DNA from: Candidatus Omnitrophota bacterium
Lineage (GTDB): Bacteria > Omnitrophota > Gorgyraeia > Gygaellales > Profunditerraquicolaceae
Assembly (NCBI GenBank): GCA_041649115.1
Contig: JBAZNT010000002.1
Span: 48,666-112,665 of the forward strand
Reading direction: 5' to 3'
Length of the DNA stretch: 64,000 bases
Part shown: positions 20,259 through 34,068 of the stretch, piece after piece
Layout: every line of letters starts with the position of its first letter
How positions within the stretch are numbered: position 1 is the stretch's first letter
Notes under the pieces: generated by a model
Told to the model about the DNA's origin: nothing
What the model saw: the letters and a program-made list of their open reading frames with translations, nothing else
The model's database searches: none
Made by a program: the position numbers and the translations under genes

Positions 20259-20908
20259 CGCTTGATTCTCTCTACCAGCTGTTTGAGTCCGTTTTTGGTA
20301 ATAAGTATTTTTTGAGCCAGGACTACCTCGTAGGCATGGGTATCCTTGGCAAGATTGAAATTAAGAAAACTGATATTACGCAGGGCGAGCCTCGTATTTT
20401 TCTCTACTTTATCAAGCAGTATAAGTATGCTGTTCTTTTTAGCCCTCCTGCCGGATGAAAGCTTAAGGCTGGAGAGTATGCCCACGGCGTCTTTAACCTT
20501 GGGGCGCTCTACTTTAAATTCTTCCACTACGGTCAGGTTGTTCTCTTTTACCTTGGCATTAAGCCCGGATTTTAAAGCCGCCTGTTTAATCTTTTTATTG
20601 ACCTCGTATGAAAAATCCCTTGGCTGGGGTCCAAATGTCACTCCGCCGTGCCTCCAGATGGGGGAACGGGAAGACCCGTGTCTGGCGCGACCGGTACCTT
20701 TTTGCTTCCATGGTTTACGGCCCCCGCCGGAAACCTCACCCCTTCCTTTAGTAGAAGCTAAACCGCGGCGCTGGCAGGAAAGGAAAGAATTCAAAACCTG
20801 ATAGATTGCGGCCTGGTTTATCCTGCCGTCAAAAACGGAAGCGTCAAGCGTAAGCCTGTCTATCTCTTGCCCTTCTAAATTATATATAGGTAAGGTAACT
20901 GGTTCCAT
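20255..20908 (-). CDS. rplD: 50S ribosomal protein L4
   Basis: 217 aa. uL4. Confidence 0.95.
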   Translation of the reverse strand: MEPVTLPIYNLEGQEIDRLTLDASVFDGRINQAAIYQVLNSFLSCQRRGLASTKGRGEVSGGGRKPWKQKGTGRARHGSSRSPIWRHGGVTFGPQPRDFSYEVNKKIKQAALKSGLNAKVKENNLTVVEEFKVERPKVKDAVGILSSLKLSSGRRAKKNSILILLDKVEKNTRLALRNISFLNFNLAKDTHAYEVVLAQKILITKNGLKQLVERIKR

Positions 20909-20917
20909 TTATCCTCT

Positions 20918-21538
20918 TCAGGCCTTAGGTGGTTTCTTGTGCGCGCTCTTAATTAACAGATAGCCGTTGTTATGCCCCGTGACCGCCCCCCTTACGAGCA
21001 GGATGTTATTTTCGGCATCTACCTTTACTATCTTCAGATTCTGGGTAGTCGTACGATTTGCCCCCATATGGGCAGGCAGGTGATGGCCTTTCCACACCCG
21101 TCCGGGGGTAGTGCTTGAGCCGAGCGAGCCTACCCGGCGGTGAGACATCGATCCGTGGGTCTTTGGGCCTCCGTGCCAGTTCCAGAGCTTCATGCCTCCC
21201 TGGAAGCCTTTCCCTTTGGAGGTACCGGTAATATCTACGAAATCGCCGGCCTTGAATAAATCCGCCTTGACCTCCTCGCCTACCCTATATTCCCTGGATG
21301 GATCCCTGGCCACTTCGCGGATAATCCTGCGGGGAGCAACGTTAAGTTTTTTAAAATAGCCGGCTTGGGGACGCCTAATCTTCTTTTCCTTCGCGACGTC
21401 AAAACCCAGCTGGACATTTTTATCTCCCACCGCAAGCACTACGCAGGGGCCGGCCTCGATGGCGGTAACAGCCACCATACTGCCGTCCTCGGCAAAAACC
21501 TGGGTCATCCCTATTTTTTTTCCTAGTATCGCTGTCAT
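20918..21538 (-). CDS. rplC: 50S ribosomal protein L3
   Basis: 206 aa. uL3. Confidence 0.95.
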   Translation of the reverse strand: MTAILGKKIGMTQVFAEDGSMVAVTAIEAGPCVVLAVGDKNVQLGFDVAKEKKIRRPQAGYFKKLNVAPRRIIREVARDPSREYRVGEEVKADLFKAGDFVDITGTSKGKGFQGGMKLWNWHGGPKTHGSMSHRRVGSLGSSTTPGRVWKGHHLPAHMGANRTTTQNLKIVKVDAENNILLVRGAVTGHNNGYLLIKSAHKKPPKA

Positions 21539-21571
21539 CTCTAGTAGAATCTACTCCTGCCGCACGAAAAC

Positions 21572-21871
21572 TTACCTTATCTCTACGTCTACTCCTGCGG
21601 GCAGATTCAGCTTCCTTAAGGCATCAATGGTCTTTGCCGTAGGCTCGTATATATCAATAAGCCTTTTATGCGTGGAGAGGTCAAATTGCTCGCGGGATTT
21701 CTTGTCTATTACCGGAGAGCGCAACACCGTATAGACCTCTCTCTTGGTCGGCAGCGGCACCGGGCCAGATATCCTGGCCCCGGTGCGCTTGGTGGTCTCG
21801 ACTATCTCTTTCACCGCCTGATCCAACAGGCGATGGTCATATGCCTTAAGTCTTATCCTTATCTTTTCCAT
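21572..21871 (-). CDS. rpsJ: 30S ribosomal protein S10
   Basis: 99 aa. uS10. Confidence 0.95.
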   Translation of the reverse strand: MEKIRIRLKAYDHRLLDQAVKEIVETTKRTGARISGPVPLPTKREVYTVLRSPVIDKKSREQFDLSTHKRLIDIYEPTAKTIDALRKLNLPAGVDVEIR

Positions 21872-21894
21872 GGGTTAAACCAGTACTGAGGCCA

Positions 21895-23100
21895 TTATGC
21901 AATGACTTCAGTTACTACTCCCGCTCCTACAGTATGTCCGCCTTCTCGGATGGCAAAACGTGATTCCTTCTCCAGGGCAACGGGCGTAATCAGCTCTACT
22001 TCCAGATTGGCGTTATCGCCCGGCATAACCATCTCGACCCCCTGCGGCAACTTTGAGTTACCGGTAACGTCGGTGGTGCGGAAATAAAACTGCGGCCTGT
22101 AACCTGTAAAGAAAGGCGTATGCCTTCCGCCCTCTTCCTTGGTCAGGACGTAAACCTGGGCCTTAAACTTGGTGTGCGGGGTAATGGATTTGGGTGCGGC
22201 AATAACCATCCCGCGCTCAAGGTTATTCTTGTCGATACCCCTTAAGAGCAACCCGACGTTATCGCCGGCCTGCCCTTCATCAAGGGTCTTGCGGAACATC
22301 TCAATGCCCGTAACCACGCTCTGGCTGACATCGGGCCTCAGACCCACGATCTCTACCGCATCGTTTATCTTGACCTTGCCGCGTTCGATCCTGCCGGTCC
22401 CTACCGTGCCTCTACCTTCAATGCTAAAAACATCCTCTACTGCCATCAGGAGCGGTTTATCCAGGTCCCTTACGGGCGCAGGAATAAATTCGTCCGCTGC
22501 CTTGATGAGATCAAGGATCGGCTTGCAGTCCGGGCTGTTAGGGTCTCCCCCTGCCTGCATTGCCTTTAGGGCACTGCCTTTGATAATCGGGGTCTTATCC
22601 CCGGGATAACCGTATTTTGTCAGGAGTTCGCGGACCTCCATCTCTACCAGGTCAATAAGCTCCTTGTCCTGCACGACGTCAACCTTATTCAAGAACACTA
22701 CCATTGCCGGCACGTTAACCTGACGCGCTAAGAGGATGTGCTCGCGTGTCTGAGGCATCGGACCGTCAGCTGCCGAAACCACCAGGATCGCGCCGTCCAT
22801 CTGCGCTGCTCCGGTAATCATGTTCTTAATATAATCGGCGTGTCCGGGGCAGTCGATATGGGCATAGTGACGATTGTCGCTCTCGTATTCTACGTGCGCA
22901 ACGGAAATCGTAACGACCTTGGTTTCATCTCTTACGGTCCCGCCCTTGGCGATATCGGAATACTCGCGCGGCTGGGCCTTTCCCAATTTCGACAACACAT
23001 GGGTAATCGCTGCCGTCAAGGTAGTCTTGCCGTGGTCGATGTGGCCGATGGTCCCGATGTTCACGTGCGGCTTTGACCTTACAAACTTTTCTTTAGCCAT
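21895..23100 (-). CDS. tuf: elongation factor Tu
   Basis: 401 aa. [17 protein letters not shown] and NKVD G-motifs. Confidence 0.98.
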   Translation of the reverse strand: MAKEKFVRSKPHVNIGTIGHIDHGKTTLTAAITHVLSKLGKAQPREYSDIAKGGTVRDETKVVTISVAHVEYESDNRHYAHIDCPGHADYIKNMITGAAQMDGAILVVSAADGPMPQTREHILLARQVNVPAMVVFLNKVDVVQDKELIDLVEMEVRELLTKYGYPGDKTPIIKGSALKAMQAGGDPNSPDCKPILDLIKAADEFIPAPVRDLDKPLLMAVEDVFSIEGRGTVGTGRIERGKVKINDAVEIVGLRPDVSQSVVTGIEMFRKTLDEGQAGDNVGLLLRGIDKNNLERGMVIAAPKSITPHTKFKAQVYVLTKEEGGRHTPFFTGYRPQFYFRTTDVTGNSKLPQGVEMVMPGDNANLEVELITPVALEKESRFAIREGGHTVGAGVVTEVIA

Positions 23101-23130
23101 TACAGCACCTCCTGTTATTGGTATCCAAAC

Positions 23131-25263
23131 CTAAACGGTCCTTCTCTGATTTGATGATGAAAAACCAGCTGTAATCTTCTCTGCTATATGTGAAGGCACC
23201 TCAGCGTAATACGAGGGCTCCATTGTATAGGATGCGCGTCCTTGTGTCAAGGAGCGCGATATCGTGGCGTAATTAAATATCTCGGCGAGAGGCACATGCG
23301 CTCTGATGACCCTGAGATTACTGCGGTTTGACAACGACACAATCTTGGCGCGCCGAGAGTTTAAATCGCCGATGATTACGCCCATATACTCTTCGGGTAC
23401 CACTATCTCCATATCCATGATCGGCTCAAGGAGCACCGGATGGGCCTTTTTGGCGCCGTCCGTGAAGGCAATGGCTGCCGCCATCTTAAATGCCAGCTCC
23501 GATGAGTCTACCTCGTGGTATGAACCGTCCACCAGTATCACCTCGATGTCCGTGGCGGGATATCCGGCGAAGACGCCCGTTTTTGCAGCGTCAAAAATCC
23601 CCTCTTTTACCGAAGAGATAAATTCACGCGGTATGGCGCCGCCCTTAATCTTGTCTTCAAAGGTAACGCCTTTACCGGGAGTTTCCTGCGGCTTCATCTC
23701 TACGACTACATGTCCGTACTGCCCGCGCCCACCGCTCTGCTGTACAAACTTACCGGTAGAGATAACCTTCTTAGTGATGGTCTCGCGGTAAGCGACCTGC
23801 GGCAGGCCAAACTGCGCCTCTACGTTAAATTCTCTTAAGATGCGGTCGATAATAATATCAAGGTGCAGCTGCCCCATGCCCGCAATAATAGTCTGGCCGG
23901 TTTCCTGATTATAAGTTACCTTGAAAGAGGGGTCTTCTTCCGCCAGTTTGTGCAAGGCCATTCCGAGCTTCTCCTGGTCCTGCTTGGTTTTTGGCTCAAT
24001 CGCCTGCTGGATTACCGGTTCGGGGAAACGCATCGCCTCGATTAATACCGGCCTATCCTCGTCGCAAAGTGTATCGCCGGTCTTGGTCTCTTTTAACCCC
24101 ACTGCCGCAGCAATCCCGCCGGTCATTATCTCCTCAATAATCTCCTGGTCATTCGCATGCATACGCACTAACTTCGTAACACGCTCCCGCGTTCTCTTGT
24201 TGGCATTGTATACGAAGGAACCGCTCTTTAGGGTGCCGGAATATACGCGGATATAATTAATCCTGCCCACGTAAGGGTCGGTAGCCACCTTAAAACACAG
24301 GGCGCAGAACGGAGCCTCGTCGGAAACCGCAATCTCTTCTGACTGTTCGGTCTCGGGGTTCATCCCTTTTATGGGAGGGAGGTCCTCGGGCGAAGGCAGG
24401 TAATCGCAGACAGCGTCCAAGAGCGGCTGTATCCCTTTATTGCGAAAAGCAGAACCGCATAAGACCGGTATAAACTTATTGGCTATTACGCCCTTGCGGA
24501 TAGCGTCTTTTATCTCCTTTGCCGAAATCGGCTTATTATGCACAAACTTATCCATTATCGAATCGTCTACCTCGGATAGCCTCTCCAGTAATACCTCATG
24601 GCACTTATCTATCTCCTTCGTCATCTCCGGGGGGACTTCCTTAATTTCAAAGTCCTTGCCGCTTTCTTCGCCATAAGATATGAATTTACGCTCGAGAATA
24701 TCCACTACCCCCTTAAAACCGCTCTCGCTGCCGTAAGGCAACTGTATTGCCGCGGCATTGGCGCCTAATCTCTGGTGCATCTGCCGGATTGTCTCGGGAA
24801 AATTCGCTCCGGTACGGTCCATCTTGTTGACAAATGCGATGCGCGGAACATTATAGCGGTCTGCCTGGCGCCAGACGGTTTCAGACTGCGGCTCAACCCC
24901 TCCCACGCCACAGAACACCACTACCGCTCCATCGAGCACCTTTAGGGACCTCTCCACCTCCACGGTAAAATCCACGTGTCCGGGGGTATCGATGATGTTA
25001 ATAGTGTAATCCTTCCACCCGCAATTGGTACAGGCAGAGGTAATAGTAATGCCCCTCTCCTGCTCCTGGACCATCCAGTCCATGGTAGCGGTACCATCAT
25101 CTACCTCTCCGATCTTATATGTCCTGCCGGTATAGAACAATATGCGTTCGGTGGTAGTGGTTTTACCGGCATCGATGTGCGCGATAATGCCGATATTTCT
25201 TAATTTCTCTAAAGGTATTTTTCTCATCTTTCTCGGTTCTTCTATAAGTGACGGCGTTCTCAT
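23131..25263 (-). CDS. fusA: elongation factor G
   Basis: 710 aa ORF. Probable true start at Met-13 ([24 protein letters not shown]), nt 25227. Confidence 0.95.
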   Translation of the reverse strand: MRTPSLIEEPRKMRKIPLEKLRNIGIIAHIDAGKTTTTERILFYTGRTYKIGEVDDGTATMDWMVQEQERGITITSACTNCGWKDYTINIIDTPGHVDFTVEVERSLKVLDGAVVVFCGVGGVEPQSETVWRQADRYNVPRIAFVNKMDRTGANFPETIRQMHQRLGANAAAIQLPYGSESGFKGVVDILERKFISYGEESGKDFEIKEVPPEMTKEIDKCHEVLLERLSEVDDSIMDKFVHNKPISAKEIKDAIRKGVIANKFIPVLCGSAFRNKGIQPLLDAVCDYLPSPEDLPPIKGMNPETEQSEEIAVSDEAPFCALCFKVATDPYVGRINYIRVYSGTLKSGSFVYNANKRTRERVTKLVRMHANDQEIIEEIMTGGIAAAVGLKETKTGDTLCDEDRPVLIEAMRFPEPVIQQAIEPKTKQDQEKLGMALHKLAEEDPSFKVTYNQETGQTIIAGMGQLHLDIIIDRILREFNVEAQFGLPQVAYRETITKKVISTGKFVQQSGGRGQYGHVVVEMKPQETPGKGVTFEDKIKGGAIPREFISSVKEGIFDAAKTGVFAGYPATDIEVILVDGSYHEVDSSELAFKMAAAIAFTDGAKKAHPVLLEPIMDMEIVVPEEYMGVIIGDLNSRRAKIVSLSNRSNLRVIRAHVPLAEIFNYATISRSLTQGRASYTMEPSYYAEVPSHIAEKITAGFSSSNQRRTV

Positions 25264-25290
25264 ATCAGCTGTTAGACATTCATAGCTCTA

Positions 25291-25761
25291 TCACCATCTA
25301 AAATGCGCAAAAGCCTTGTTTGACTCAGCCATCTTATGTGTATCGTCCCTCTTCTTTATAGCCGCGCCTTCGCCTTTATAGGCGTCGATAATCTCATCAG
25401 CCAATTTATCCTTCATCGGGCGGCCTTTTTTGCCCTTGGCAAAATCGCGTATCCAACGCAAGGCGATAGAAACACCGCGCTCCTGCCTCACCTCTATCGG
25501 TACCTGATAGGTGGCACCCCCTACCCTACGGGGCTTTACCTCCAGGCGCGGACGCACGTTATCCAGCGCCTTGTTAAATACCTTGATGGCGTCCGGCTCA
25601 TTGAGTTTCTTTTTAACAATCTCGAAAGCCCCATAGACAATCTTTTCGGCAAGCGGTTTTTTGCCTTTGACCATCACCATGTTGACGAACTTAGAGACTA
25701 CCTTGCTGTTGAATTTCGGATCCGCTAAAATATCCCTTGCCGGCGCCCTTCTTCTTCTCAT
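25291..25761 (-). CDS. rpsG: 30S ribosomal protein S7
   Basis: 156 aa. uS7. Confidence 0.95.
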   Translation of the reverse strand: MRRRRAPARDILADPKFNSKVVSKFVNMVMVKGKKPLAEKIVYGAFEIVKKKLNEPDAIKVFNKALDNVRPRLEVKPRRVGGATYQVPIEVRQERGVSIALRWIRDFAKGKKGRPMKDKLADEIIDAYKGEGAAIKKRDDTHKMAESNKAFAHFRW

Positions 25762-25777
25762 GGTTTATTATAAGCTC

Positions 25778-26155
25778 CTACTGCTGTTTCGGCCTTTTGG
25801 CCCCGTATTTTGAACGTGACTTCTTGCGCTGGTTAACCCCGGCAGCGTCAAGCGTACCCCTTACGATATGATAACGCACCCCCGGAAGGTCCTTGACACG
25901 CCCGCCCCTTACCAAGACGATTGAGTGCTCTTGAAGGTTATGACCTTCTCCGGGTATATACGAAGTTACCTCGATCCCGGTAGTAAGCCTTACCCTGGCA
26001 ATCTTTCTAAGAGCGGAATTCGGTTTTTTTGGTGTCATAGTACGCACCTGCAAACATACCCCTCTTCTCTGGGGACAGGCCTTTAACGCGGGGGACTTGG
26101 TCTTTTTCTTCTTTAAACTTCTGCCTGATTTTATAAGCTGTGAAATTGTCGGCAT
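25778..26155 (-). CDS. rpsL: 30S ribosomal protein S12
   Basis: 125 aa. uS12 ([10 protein letters not shown]). Confidence 0.95.
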   Translation of the reverse strand: MPTISQLIKSGRSLKKKKTKSPALKACPQRRGVCLQVRTMTPKKPNSALRKIARVRLTTGIEVTSYIPGEGHNLQEHSIVLVRGGRVKDLPGVRYHIVRGTLDAAGVNQRKKSRSKYGAKRPKQQ

Positions 26156-26164
26156 ATTTGTCTT

Positions 26165-29100
26165 TTAAGCATTTACCTTTTCCTGTACGGCCTCTTTGGC
26201 CTCAGGGGCAGCCTCTTCGGCGCTTTTTATTATCTCGGTATCGCGATGCGTATGAAAACCTGTACCTGCAGGGATAAGGTGACCTACAATAACGTTTTCC
26301 TTAAGCCCAAACAACTCATCGCTCTTACCGGCTGCGGCGGCGTCTGTAAGGACGCGGGTGGTCTCCTGAAAACTGGCGGCGGAGATAAAGCTCTCGGTAG
26401 TCAAGGAGGCCTTGGTTATACCCAATAACAGCGGGGTTGCCACTGCGGGCTTGCCGCCCTTCTTAATTACCCGGCTGTTTTCCTTCTGGAATGTCCATTT
26501 GTCAATGTGCTCGGAGGCAAGAAATACGGTATCGCCGGGGTCCTCAATCTTGACTTTTTTAAGCATCTGCCTGATTATCAACTCGATGTGCTTATCGTTG
26601 ATATGCACACCCTGCAGGCGATAGACCTCCTGAACCTCGTTAACAAGGTATTCCTGTAGAATCTTATCACCGCATACCCTTAGGATATCCTGCAGAACAA
26701 TCGGGCCGTCGGTGAGTTGCTGTCCGGCCTCTACCCTGTCACCCTTATAGACATTGGGATGCTTGCCGTGCGGGATAAGGTATTCTTTCTGCATGCCCGT
26801 GGCAGAACGCACGATGATTATGCGCTGCCCTTTCTTGCTCTCGCCGAATTCTACGAAACCGTCTATCTCGCTGATAACTGCGGGGTCTTTTGGTCTGCGT
26901 GCCTCAAACAACTCGGCAACCCTGGGAAGACCTCCGGTAATATCCCTGGTTTTAACTACCACTCTCGGTATCTTGGCCAAGAGATCGCCGCCTTCAACCT
27001 TCTGTCCGTCTTTTACCAGGATATGGGAGCCGATAGCGAGAGGATATATCCCCATAACCTCTTTTTTCTCGTCAAGAACGATAATCTGCGGGTGGTATTC
27101 CTGCTTGTGTTCTACAATCACGCGCTCGGTAATCTTGGTAACGGGATTAAGCTCTTCCTTGACGGTAACATCGTCAACTAGGTCTTCGTATTTAACCTGG
27201 CCGCCGACCTCGGTAAGAATAGGGAAGGTGTAAGGGTCCCAGCGTACGTAGGAGACGCCCTTGGTAACCTCGCCTCCGTCGGCGATGCTGATAAAGGCGC
27301 CCTGAGGCACCGGATAACGCTCCAACTCTCTACCCTGCTTATCATTAATGCTAATGGAACCGTTGCGGTTAAGAACAATGAATTCCTTATTCTTAGGAAC
27401 GGTTCTTAGGCTGTGATATTTAACGATACCTTTATTCTTGGATTTTAAAAAGGACTGCGCAACGATTCTGGAAGCGGTGCCTCCGATATGGAAGGTTCTC
27501 ATCGTCAGCTGGGTGCCGGGCTCGCCGATACTCTGAGCCGCAATAACTCCCACTGCCTCTCCGGTCTCCACAAGCCTGCCGGTTGCCAGGTTCCTGCCGT
27601 AACACTTTGTGCATACCCCTCTTTCTGATTCGCAGGTAAGTGCACTGCGGATGCGGATTTTTTCAATGCCGAGCTTCTCGATCATATCGGCTTTTTCTTC
27701 GGTGATTTCCGACCCCTGCTCCACGATTACCTCATCGCTGATGATGTCTACGATATTATCTAAGGCTACCCTTCCGACAATACGGTCCTTGAGGCTTACT
27801 ACCACCTCATCGCCTTCAATGATGGCGGAAACCGTAATGCCGTTTAGCGTACCGCAGTCTTCTTCGGTAACAATAACCTCCTGCGCAACATCAACCAGTC
27901 TGCGGGTAAGGTATCCGGCGTCTGCGGTTTTAAGCGCAGTGTCAGCCAACCCCTTGCGTGCGCCGTGGGTGGAAATAAAGTATTCCAACACCGTCAAGCC
28001 CTCGCGGAAATTTGCGGTGATAGGGCTCTCAATAATCTCTCCGGAAGGCTTGGCCATCAATCCGCGCATACCGGCCAACTGCCTAACCTGCAACCTTGAC
28101 CCTCTTGCCCCGGAATCCGCCATCATAAAGATGGGGTTAAACGGGTGCATCTCTTTAAAAAGAAGGTCGGAGACGCGGTCGGTAGCGTGGGTCCAGACGT
28201 CAATAACCTTATTGTAACGCTCTCTGTCGGTAATAATGCCTTTGCGGTACTGATCTTCTACTTTGGCTATCTCCTGCTTGGCTTCCCTCAAAACCTCTTC
28301 CTTTGCCTGGGGGATGGTCATATCGTCTATGCCGATAGAAATGCCGCCCAGCGTGGCATACTCAAACCCCAGCTTCTTCATATCATCAAGCAGTTGAATG
28401 GTGCGCTGGTGGCCAAAGCGGTTATAGCATTCGGTTACAATAACGCCCATGTTCTTCTTATTAACCTCTTTATTTACAAAGCCGAACCCTGCCGGCAGCG
28501 CCTGGTTCAATATTATGCGGCCGACGGTAGTATCGATAACCTTTCTTTCGTTAACGAACTTGCCCTCTTCCATCTCAAAGGTGTTATCTATGCGCACCTT
28601 GATCTTGGCATGCAGGTCAATCTCGCGGTCTCCGTAAGCTACCAATACCTCGTCGGGGCTTGCGAATATCTTGCCTTCTCCGCGGCATCCGGTTTTCTCC
28701 TTGGTCAGATATGCTGTCCCCAGGATTATGTCTTGAGTGGGATTAAGGATTGGCCTGCCGTCCGCAGGAGAAAAAACATTATTTACGGAAAGCATCAGGA
28801 TCTTGGCTTCTAACTGGGATTCCAGAGATAACGGCACATGCACCGCCATCTGGTCCCCGTCAAAATCGGCGTTAAAAGCGGTGCACACCAGAGGATGGAT
28901 CTTGATGGAACGGCCTTCAATTAAGACGGGTTGGAATGCCTGGATACTAAGGCGATGCAGGGTGGGGGCGCGGTTTAAAAGTACGGGGTGGTCTCTGATC
29001 ACCTCATCCAGGATATCCCAGACTTCAATCTTACCGTGCTCCACCATGCGGCGCGCGCCTTTAATGGTATGCACGAACCCTTTCTCCCTGAGTTTCTTGA

Positions 29101-30214
29101 TGATAAACGGCTCAAATAATTCCAGTGCCATCTGTTTCGGCAGCCCGCATTCGTTGAGCTTAAGCTCCGGGCCTACGACTATTACGGAACGGCCGGAATA
29201 ATCCACGCGCTTGCCAAGAAGATTCTGTCTGAACCTGCCCTGTTTGCCTTTGAGCATATCGGAAAGGGACTTTAGCGGCCGCTGGCTGCCTCCCATTACC
29301 GGTTTACCGTGCCTGCCGTTATCCAGAAGGGCATCTACCGCCTCCTGTAACATGCGTTTTTCATTACGCACTATGATATCCGGGGCATTCAACTCAATCA
29401 GCTTTTTTAAACGGTTATTACGGTTGATAACCCTGCGGTATAAATCATTGAGGTCGGAGGAAGCGAATCTCCCTCCCTCCAGAGGAACCAAGGGCCTTAG
29501 GTCCGGGGGGATAACCGGAAGAACCTCCATGATTATCCACTCGGGTTTATTCCCGGATTTCTTGAAATCCTCCGCAATCTTAAGGGATTTAAGTATCTTG
29601 CGGTTATTGAGCACTTCCTTGGATTTTGCAAGCTCGCGATGAAGCCTGCGGCAGTAATCCTCGAGGTCTATCTCTCTTAAGAGGTCCCTTACTGCCTCCG
29701 CCCCTATCTTGGCCTTAAAGTTAGAGCCGTAATTACGAAGCGCTTCCTGGTGTTTATCTTCGCTGAGAAGCTCTTTTTTCTTAAGCGGCGTGTTGCCGGG
29801 GTCGATCACAACGTATTCCTCATAATAAATAATTTTTTCCAGGTCCCGGAGGCTCATATTCAGAAGCGCGGAAAGCTTGCTGGGGACGGTCTTAAAAAAC
29901 CAAATGTGTGTAACCGGGGCTGCCAGGTCGATATGTCCCATGCGCTCTCTTCTGATAGAAGAGTGCTCTACGGTAACGCCGCAGCGGTCGCAGGTAATCG
30001 CCTTAAACTTAATCCCTTTGTATTTGCCGCAGTTACATTCCCAGTCGCGGACAGGCCCAAAGATTTTTTCGCAGAAAAGGCCGTCCTTTTCGGGTTTCAG
30101 GGTACGGTAGTTGATGGTCTCCGCCTTCTTGACTTCCCCCTTAGACCAAGAGCGTATGGTTTCGGGAGAGGCTATCTTGATAGCTATGCTGTCAAAATGT
30201 GTGAGTTCTTCCAT
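26165..30214 (-). CDS. rpoC: DNA-directed RNA polymerase subunit beta'
   Basis: 1349 aa. Zn-finger C-x-C...C-x2-C near the N-terminus. NADFDGD catalytic motif. Confidence 0.98.
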   Translation of the reverse strand: MEELTHFDSIAIKIASPETIRSWSKGEVKKAETINYRTLKPEKDGLFCEKIFGPVRDWECNCGKYKGIKFKAITCDRCGVTVEHSSIRRERMGHIDLAAPVTHIWFFKTVPSKLSALLNMSLRDLEKIIYYEEYVVIDPGNTPLKKKELLSEDKHQEALRNYGSNFKAKIGAEAVRDLLREIDLEDYCRRLHRELAKSKEVLNNRKILKSLKIAEDFKKSGNKPEWIIMEVLPVIPPDLRPLVPLEGGRFASSDLNDLYRRVINRNNRLKKLIELNAPDIIVRNEKRMLQEAVDALLDNGRHGKPVMGGSQRPLKSLSDMLKGKQGRFRQNLLGKRVDYSGRSVIVVGPELKLNECGLPKQMALELFEPFIIKKLREKGFVHTIKGARRMVEHGKIEVWDILDEVIRDHPVLLNRAPTLHRLSIQAFQPVLIEGRSIKIHPLVCTAFNADFDGDQMAVHVPLSLESQLEAKILMLSVNNVFSPADGRPILNPTQDIILGTAYLTKEKTGCRGEGKIFASPDEVLVAYGDREIDLHAKIKVRIDNTFEMEEGKFVNERKVIDTTVGRIILNQALPAGFGFVNKEVNKKNMGVIVTECYNRFGHQRTIQLLDDMKKLGFEYATLGGISIGIDDMTIPQAKEEVLREAKQEIAKVEDQYRKGIITDRERYNKVIDVWTHATDRVSDLLFKEMHPFNPIFMMADSGARGSRLQVRQLAGMRGLMAKPSGEIIESPITANFREGLTVLEYFISTHGARKGLADTALKTADAGYLTRRLVDVAQEVIVTEEDCGTLNGITVSAIIEGDEVVVSLKDRIVGRVALDNIVDIISDEVIVEQGSEITEEKADMIEKLGIEKIRIRSALTCESERGVCTKCYGRNLATGRLVETGEAVGVIAAQSIGEPGTQLTMRTFHIGGTASRIVAQSFLKSKNKGIVKYHSLRTVPKNKEFIVLNRNGSISINDKQGRELERYPVPQGAFISIADGGEVTKGVSYVRWDPYTFPILTEVGGQVKYEDLVDDVTVKEELNPVTKITERVIVEHKQEYHPQIIVLDEKKEVMGIYPLAIGSHILVKDGQKVEGGDLLAKIPRVVVKTRDITGGLPRVAELFEARRPKDPAVISEIDGFVEFGESKKGQRIIIVRSATGMQKEYLIPHGKHPNVYKGDRVEAGQQLTDGPIVLQDILRVCGDKILQEYLVNEVQEVYRLQGVHINDKHIELIIRQMLKKVKIEDPGDTVFLASEHIDKWTFQKENSRVIKKGGKPAVATPLLLGITKASLTTESFISAASFQETTRVLTDAAAAGKSDELFGLKENVIVGHLIPAGTGFHTHRDTEIIKSAEEAAPEAKEAVQEKVNA

Positions 30215-33200
30215 TATTTTTTACCTTTATTCTTATCGGTCTTCTCAAGGGAGATATCAAGGCATAAGCCGCGGAGCTCCTTTATCAAGACGTTGAATGA
30301 CTCCGGAACGCCGTGGGTAAGGCGCTGCTCCCCTTTTACAATCGCTTCATAGATCCGGGTTCTGCCGGCAACGTCATCGCTCTTGACCGTCAACATCTCC
30401 TGTAGGGTAAATGCAGCGCCGTATGCCTCCAGCGCCCAAACCTCCATTTCACCCAGCCTTTGCCCTCCGAACTGCGCCTTGCCTCCGAGCGGCTGCTGGG
30501 TAACAAGGGAATACGGCCCGATGGAGCGGGCGTGTATCTTTTCATCAACCAGATGAATCAGCTTCATTATATAGATGTAGCCGACGGTTACCTTTTGATC
30601 AAAGGCCTCTCCGGTATAACCGTCGTAAACCGTAATCTTGCCATCTGCCGGAAGTTCAGCCTTCTGGAGCATCTCCTTAATCTCTGCTTCTGTGGCGCCG
30701 TCAAAAACAGGGGTGCCTACCTTGATGCCGAGAATCTTGGCGGCCCATCCGAGGTGCGTCTCCAGGATCTGCCCGACGTTCATACGCGAGGGGACGCCTA
30801 ATGGGTTGAGCACAATGTCTACGGGCGTGCCGTCAGGTAAAAACGGCATGTCCTGTTCAGGGAGTATGCGCGCCACCACCCCCTTATTGCCGTGCCTGCC
30901 TGCAAGCTTGTCTCCTTCCGAGAGCCTGCGTTTGGTAGCGATATATACCACTACCCTCTTAAGCACGCCGGGAGGCAACTCGTCTCCGCGCTTGACCTTT
31001 TCAATCTCCTGGTCCTGCTCCGTCAAAAGTTCCTGCATCTGCTCGTCAAAAGAAGCAACCAGAATCTTGGCTTCCTCGTTATCGCTGAAATCAGCCTTCT
31101 CCACCCTTTTTTTATCTATCCCCAAAAGCTGCGAGAGACGGGCGACCCTCTCGTTTTGCAGGAATTCTATCTCCTGTTTATAGTAGGCCTTTAATTCCTT
31201 GATCTTGGCCAATTCCTTGTTTTTTTCTTCTTTGCTTTTGCGTCCGCGTTCCTTGCGCTGGAATAAATGCACATCTACCACTATGCCGTCCACTCCCGGA
31301 GGAACGGTCAGCGAGGTATCGCGCACATCGCTGGCCTTTTCGCCGAATATTGCGCGCAGTAATCTCTCCTCGGGAGAAAGTTCCGTTTCGGTTTTAGGGG
31401 TAACCTTTCCTACCAGTATGTCTCCGGGGCCAACCTCTGCTCCCAGCCGGATAATGCCGTCCTCATCCAGGTTCTTCAGGGATTCTTCGCTGACATTCGG
31501 TATATCGGAGGTAATCTCTTCGTTTCCTAAGCGGGTCTCGATAGCCTCAATCTCGAACTTCTCGATATGGATGGAAGTGAAAACGTCATCCTTTACTACC
31601 TTTTCGTTAACAAGGATGGCGTCTTCAAAGTTGTATCCCCTCCATGGCATAAAGGCAACCAAGAGGTTCCTGCCGAGCGCCAATTCCCCTTCCTGGGTGG
31701 CGGCGCCGTCCGCGATGACCTGCCCCTCTTCTACGTGTTCTCCGAGTTTGACGATAGGACGCTGATTAACGCAGGTATCGGCATTGGTACGGATGAATTT
31801 CCTAAGATGATAGATATGTTTTCCTACCGCTATGGAGGAGGCGTCTACGTAAGTGACCTTTCCGGATTCCTCCGCCACCATTACGGTGCCGGAATCACGG
31901 GCAACCTTAGCCTCCATCATCGTTCCTACGATAGGGGATTCCGGGAACATCAGGGGCACTCCCTGCCGTTGCATGTTCGCGCCCATCAGGGCGCGGTTGG
32001 CGTCATCATGCTCTAAAAACGGAACGAGGGAAGCTGCTACCGAAACGAGCTGCTTGGGAGAAACATCCATGTATTCCACCTGCTTGGGGTGGACCTTGGG
32101 GAAATCCCCTTTATAACGGCACGAGACTTCTTTGCTCGAAAAATAATTATCGTTGTCAAGTGGCACGTTTGCCTGGGCAATCATCTTATCCTCTTCGATA
32201 TCGGCGGTGAGGTATTCAATCTTACGGGTAACCTTGCCCTCTTCGGCCTTGCGGTAGGGCGTCTCCAGCAAGCCCAACGAGTTAACCTGGGCATAAGTGC
32301 TAAGCGATGCAATCAATCCGATATTCGGGCCTTCCGGGGTTTCGATAGGGCATATCCTGCCGTAATGGGAAGAGTGGATGTCGCGGACCTCGAATCCCGC
32401 CCTTTCTCGCGAGAGGCCTCCGGGCCCCAGGGCGCTGAGTCTGCGTTTGTGCGTCATCTCTGCCAGGGGGTTAACCTGGTCCATAAACTGGGAAAGCTGG
32501 CTGCGGGCAAAGAAATCACGGACCTGATTGGATAACAGTTTGGAATTAATCAGGTAATGAACGCTGATATTGTCGAGGTCGCCGAGCATGCTCAGGCGTT
32601 CCTTGATAGAGCGCTCGATGCGTGATAATCCTATCCTGACCTGGTTCTGCACTAATTCTCCGATGGTGCGTACGCGGCGGTTGCCGAGGTGGTCGATATC
32701 GTCTATCTTGCCTTCGCCTTTATTAAGGCGAATCAGGTATTCTATTACCTTGATAACGGTGGCAGAATCAAGAACGCGCTTATCCAAAGATACGTCCATG
32801 CCAAGTTTGCGGTTAAGGATAAAGCGGCCGGCCCTCTCCAGGTCGTAACGGTTGGGGTCAAAGAATAACCTGTAGAAGAGCCCCTCGGCAGCCTCCTTGG
32901 TCAGCGGCTCCGTGGGCTTCATCTTACGGTAAAAATCCAGGAAGGCCTCTTCCTTGTTCTTGGTATAGTCCTTCTTAAGGGTATTGGCAATCTCCGGGTA
33001 TTCCGTGCCGTTAAAGGCAGCGATAATATCGGCATCGGTGGAAAATCCCAGGATCCTCAGTATTTGGGTAGCCGGGAAATTCCTTCTTTTATCTATATAA
33101 GCCAGGATGGTATCGCTAAGGTCGTATTTGAACTCCAGCCATGCCCCGCGGTAAGGAATGATGCGCCCGTAAAATATCTTCTTTCCGGTAGGATGAACCT

Positions 33201-33639
33201 CTTCTTCAAAGGAAACGCCGGGTGAACGGTGCAGTTGATTGATAACCCCCCTCTCATCCCCGTTAATAATGAAGCTTCCGGTATCAGTCATAAGGGGTAT
33301 ATCGCCGAAATAGGCATCCTGTTCCTTGGTTTCCTTGGGCGTAATAAGACGGAATTTTACCTTAAGGGGTGCGGCATAGGTAACGGAACGCCTGATGCTT
33401 TCGGATATATCGTATTTGGGCTTGCCCAGCGCGTAGCTGATAAACTCCAGACGGACCGAACGGTTCTGGTCCTCCACCGGGAATATATCCTCAAAAACCT
33501 CTTGGATCCCCTGCGGCTTGCGTTCCTTGACGGGGGTATCCATCTGCAGGAATTCCTGATAGGATTTAAGCTGCACGTCTAAGAAATGCGGCAGCTCATA
33601 AACCTCTTTAAACTTGGCAAAATTTTTACGCTTCAGCAT
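30214..33639 (-). CDS. rpoB: DNA-directed RNA polymerase subunit beta
   Basis: 1141 aa. Conserved beta segments, including the rifampicin cluster region. Confidence 0.98.
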   Translation of the reverse strand: MLKRKNFAKFKEVYELPHFLDVQLKSYQEFLQMDTPVKERKPQGIQEVFEDIFPVEDQNRSVRLEFISYALGKPKYDISESIRRSVTYAAPLKVKFRLITPKETKEQDAYFGDIPLMTDTGSFIINGDERGVINQLHRSPGVSFEEEVHPTGKKIFYGRIIPYRGAWLEFKYDLSDTILAYIDKRRNFPATQILRILGFSTDADIIAAFNGTEYPEIANTLKKDYTKNKEEAFLDFYRKMKPTEPLTKEAAEGLFYRLFFDPNRYDLERAGRFILNRKLGMDVSLDKRVLDSATVIKVIEYLIRLNKGEGKIDDIDHLGNRRVRTIGELVQNQVRIGLSRIERSIKERLSMLGDLDNISVHYLINSKLLSNQVRDFFARSQLSQFMDQVNPLAEMTHKRRLSALGPGGLSRERAGFEVRDIHSSHYGRICPIETPEGPNIGLIASLSTYAQVNSLGLLETPYRKAEEGKVTRKIEYLTADIEEDKMIAQANVPLDNDNYFSSKEVSCRYKGDFPKVHPKQVEYMDVSPKQLVSVAASLVPFLEHDDANRALMGANMQRQGVPLMFPESPIVGTMMEAKVARDSGTVMVAEESGKVTYVDASSIAVGKHIYHLRKFIRTNADTCVNQRPIVKLGEHVEEGQVIADGAATQEGELALGRNLLVAFMPWRGYNFEDAILVNEKVVKDDVFTSIHIEKFEIEAIETRLGNEEITSDIPNVSEESLKNLDEDGIIRLGAEVGPGDILVGKVTPKTETELSPEERLLRAIFGEKASDVRDTSLTVPPGVDGIVVDVHLFQRKERGRKSKEEKNKELAKIKELKAYYKQEIEFLQNERVARLSQLLGIDKKRVEKADFSDNEEAKILVASFDEQMQELLTEQDQEIEKVKRGDELPPGVLKRVVVYIATKRRLSEGDKLAGRHGNKGVVARILPEQDMPFLPDGTPVDIVLNPLGVPSRMNVGQILETHLGWAAKILGIKVGTPVFDGATEAEIKEMLQKAELPADGKITVYDGYTGEAFDQKVTVGYIYIMKLIHLVDEKIHARSIGPYSLVTQQPLGGKAQFGGQRLGEMEVWALEAYGAAFTLQEMLTVKSDDVAGRTRIYEAIVKGEQRLTHGVPESFNVLIKELRGLCLDISLEKTDKNKGKK

Positions 33640-33661
33640 AAATCTCAGGTTGTCGTTGGTT

Positions 33662-34057
33662 TTACTTTAATTCCACCGTGGCACCGGCTGCCTCAAGCTT
33701 CTTCTTTATCTCTTCGGCCTCTTCCTTGGTAGCGCCTTCCTTGACCGGTTTCGGCGCGGCATCAACCAGGTCCTTGGCTTCTTTTAATCCCAGGCTGGTA
33801 AAAGACCTGACCTCTTTTATGACCGAGATCTTGTTGGAGCCGGCATTGGTCAGCACTACCGTAAAGGTAGATTTCTCCTCCGCTGCCCCTGCCTGTCCTG
33901 CCCCTGCAGCTCCCGCGCCGGCCATAGGCATTGCCATCATCGGCATGTTAGCCTGTACCCCGAACTTCTCCTCCAGGGTTTTTACCAGCTCGGAAAGCTC
34001 CATCACCGTCATTTCTTCGATGGACTTTACTAGATCTTGCATTTTCTCGCTTGCCAT
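33662..34057 (-). CDS. rplL: 50S ribosomal protein L7/L12
   Basis: 131 aa. Ala/Gly hinge and C-terminal domain. Confidence 0.95.
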   Translation of the reverse strand: MASEKMQDLVKSIEEMTVMELSELVKTLEEKFGVQANMPMMAMPMAGAGAAGAGQAGAAEEKSTFTVVLTNAGSNKISVIKEVRSFTSLGLKEAKDLVDAAPKPVKEGATKEEAEEIKKKLEAAGATVELK

Positions 34058-34068
34058 TTCTCTCCTCC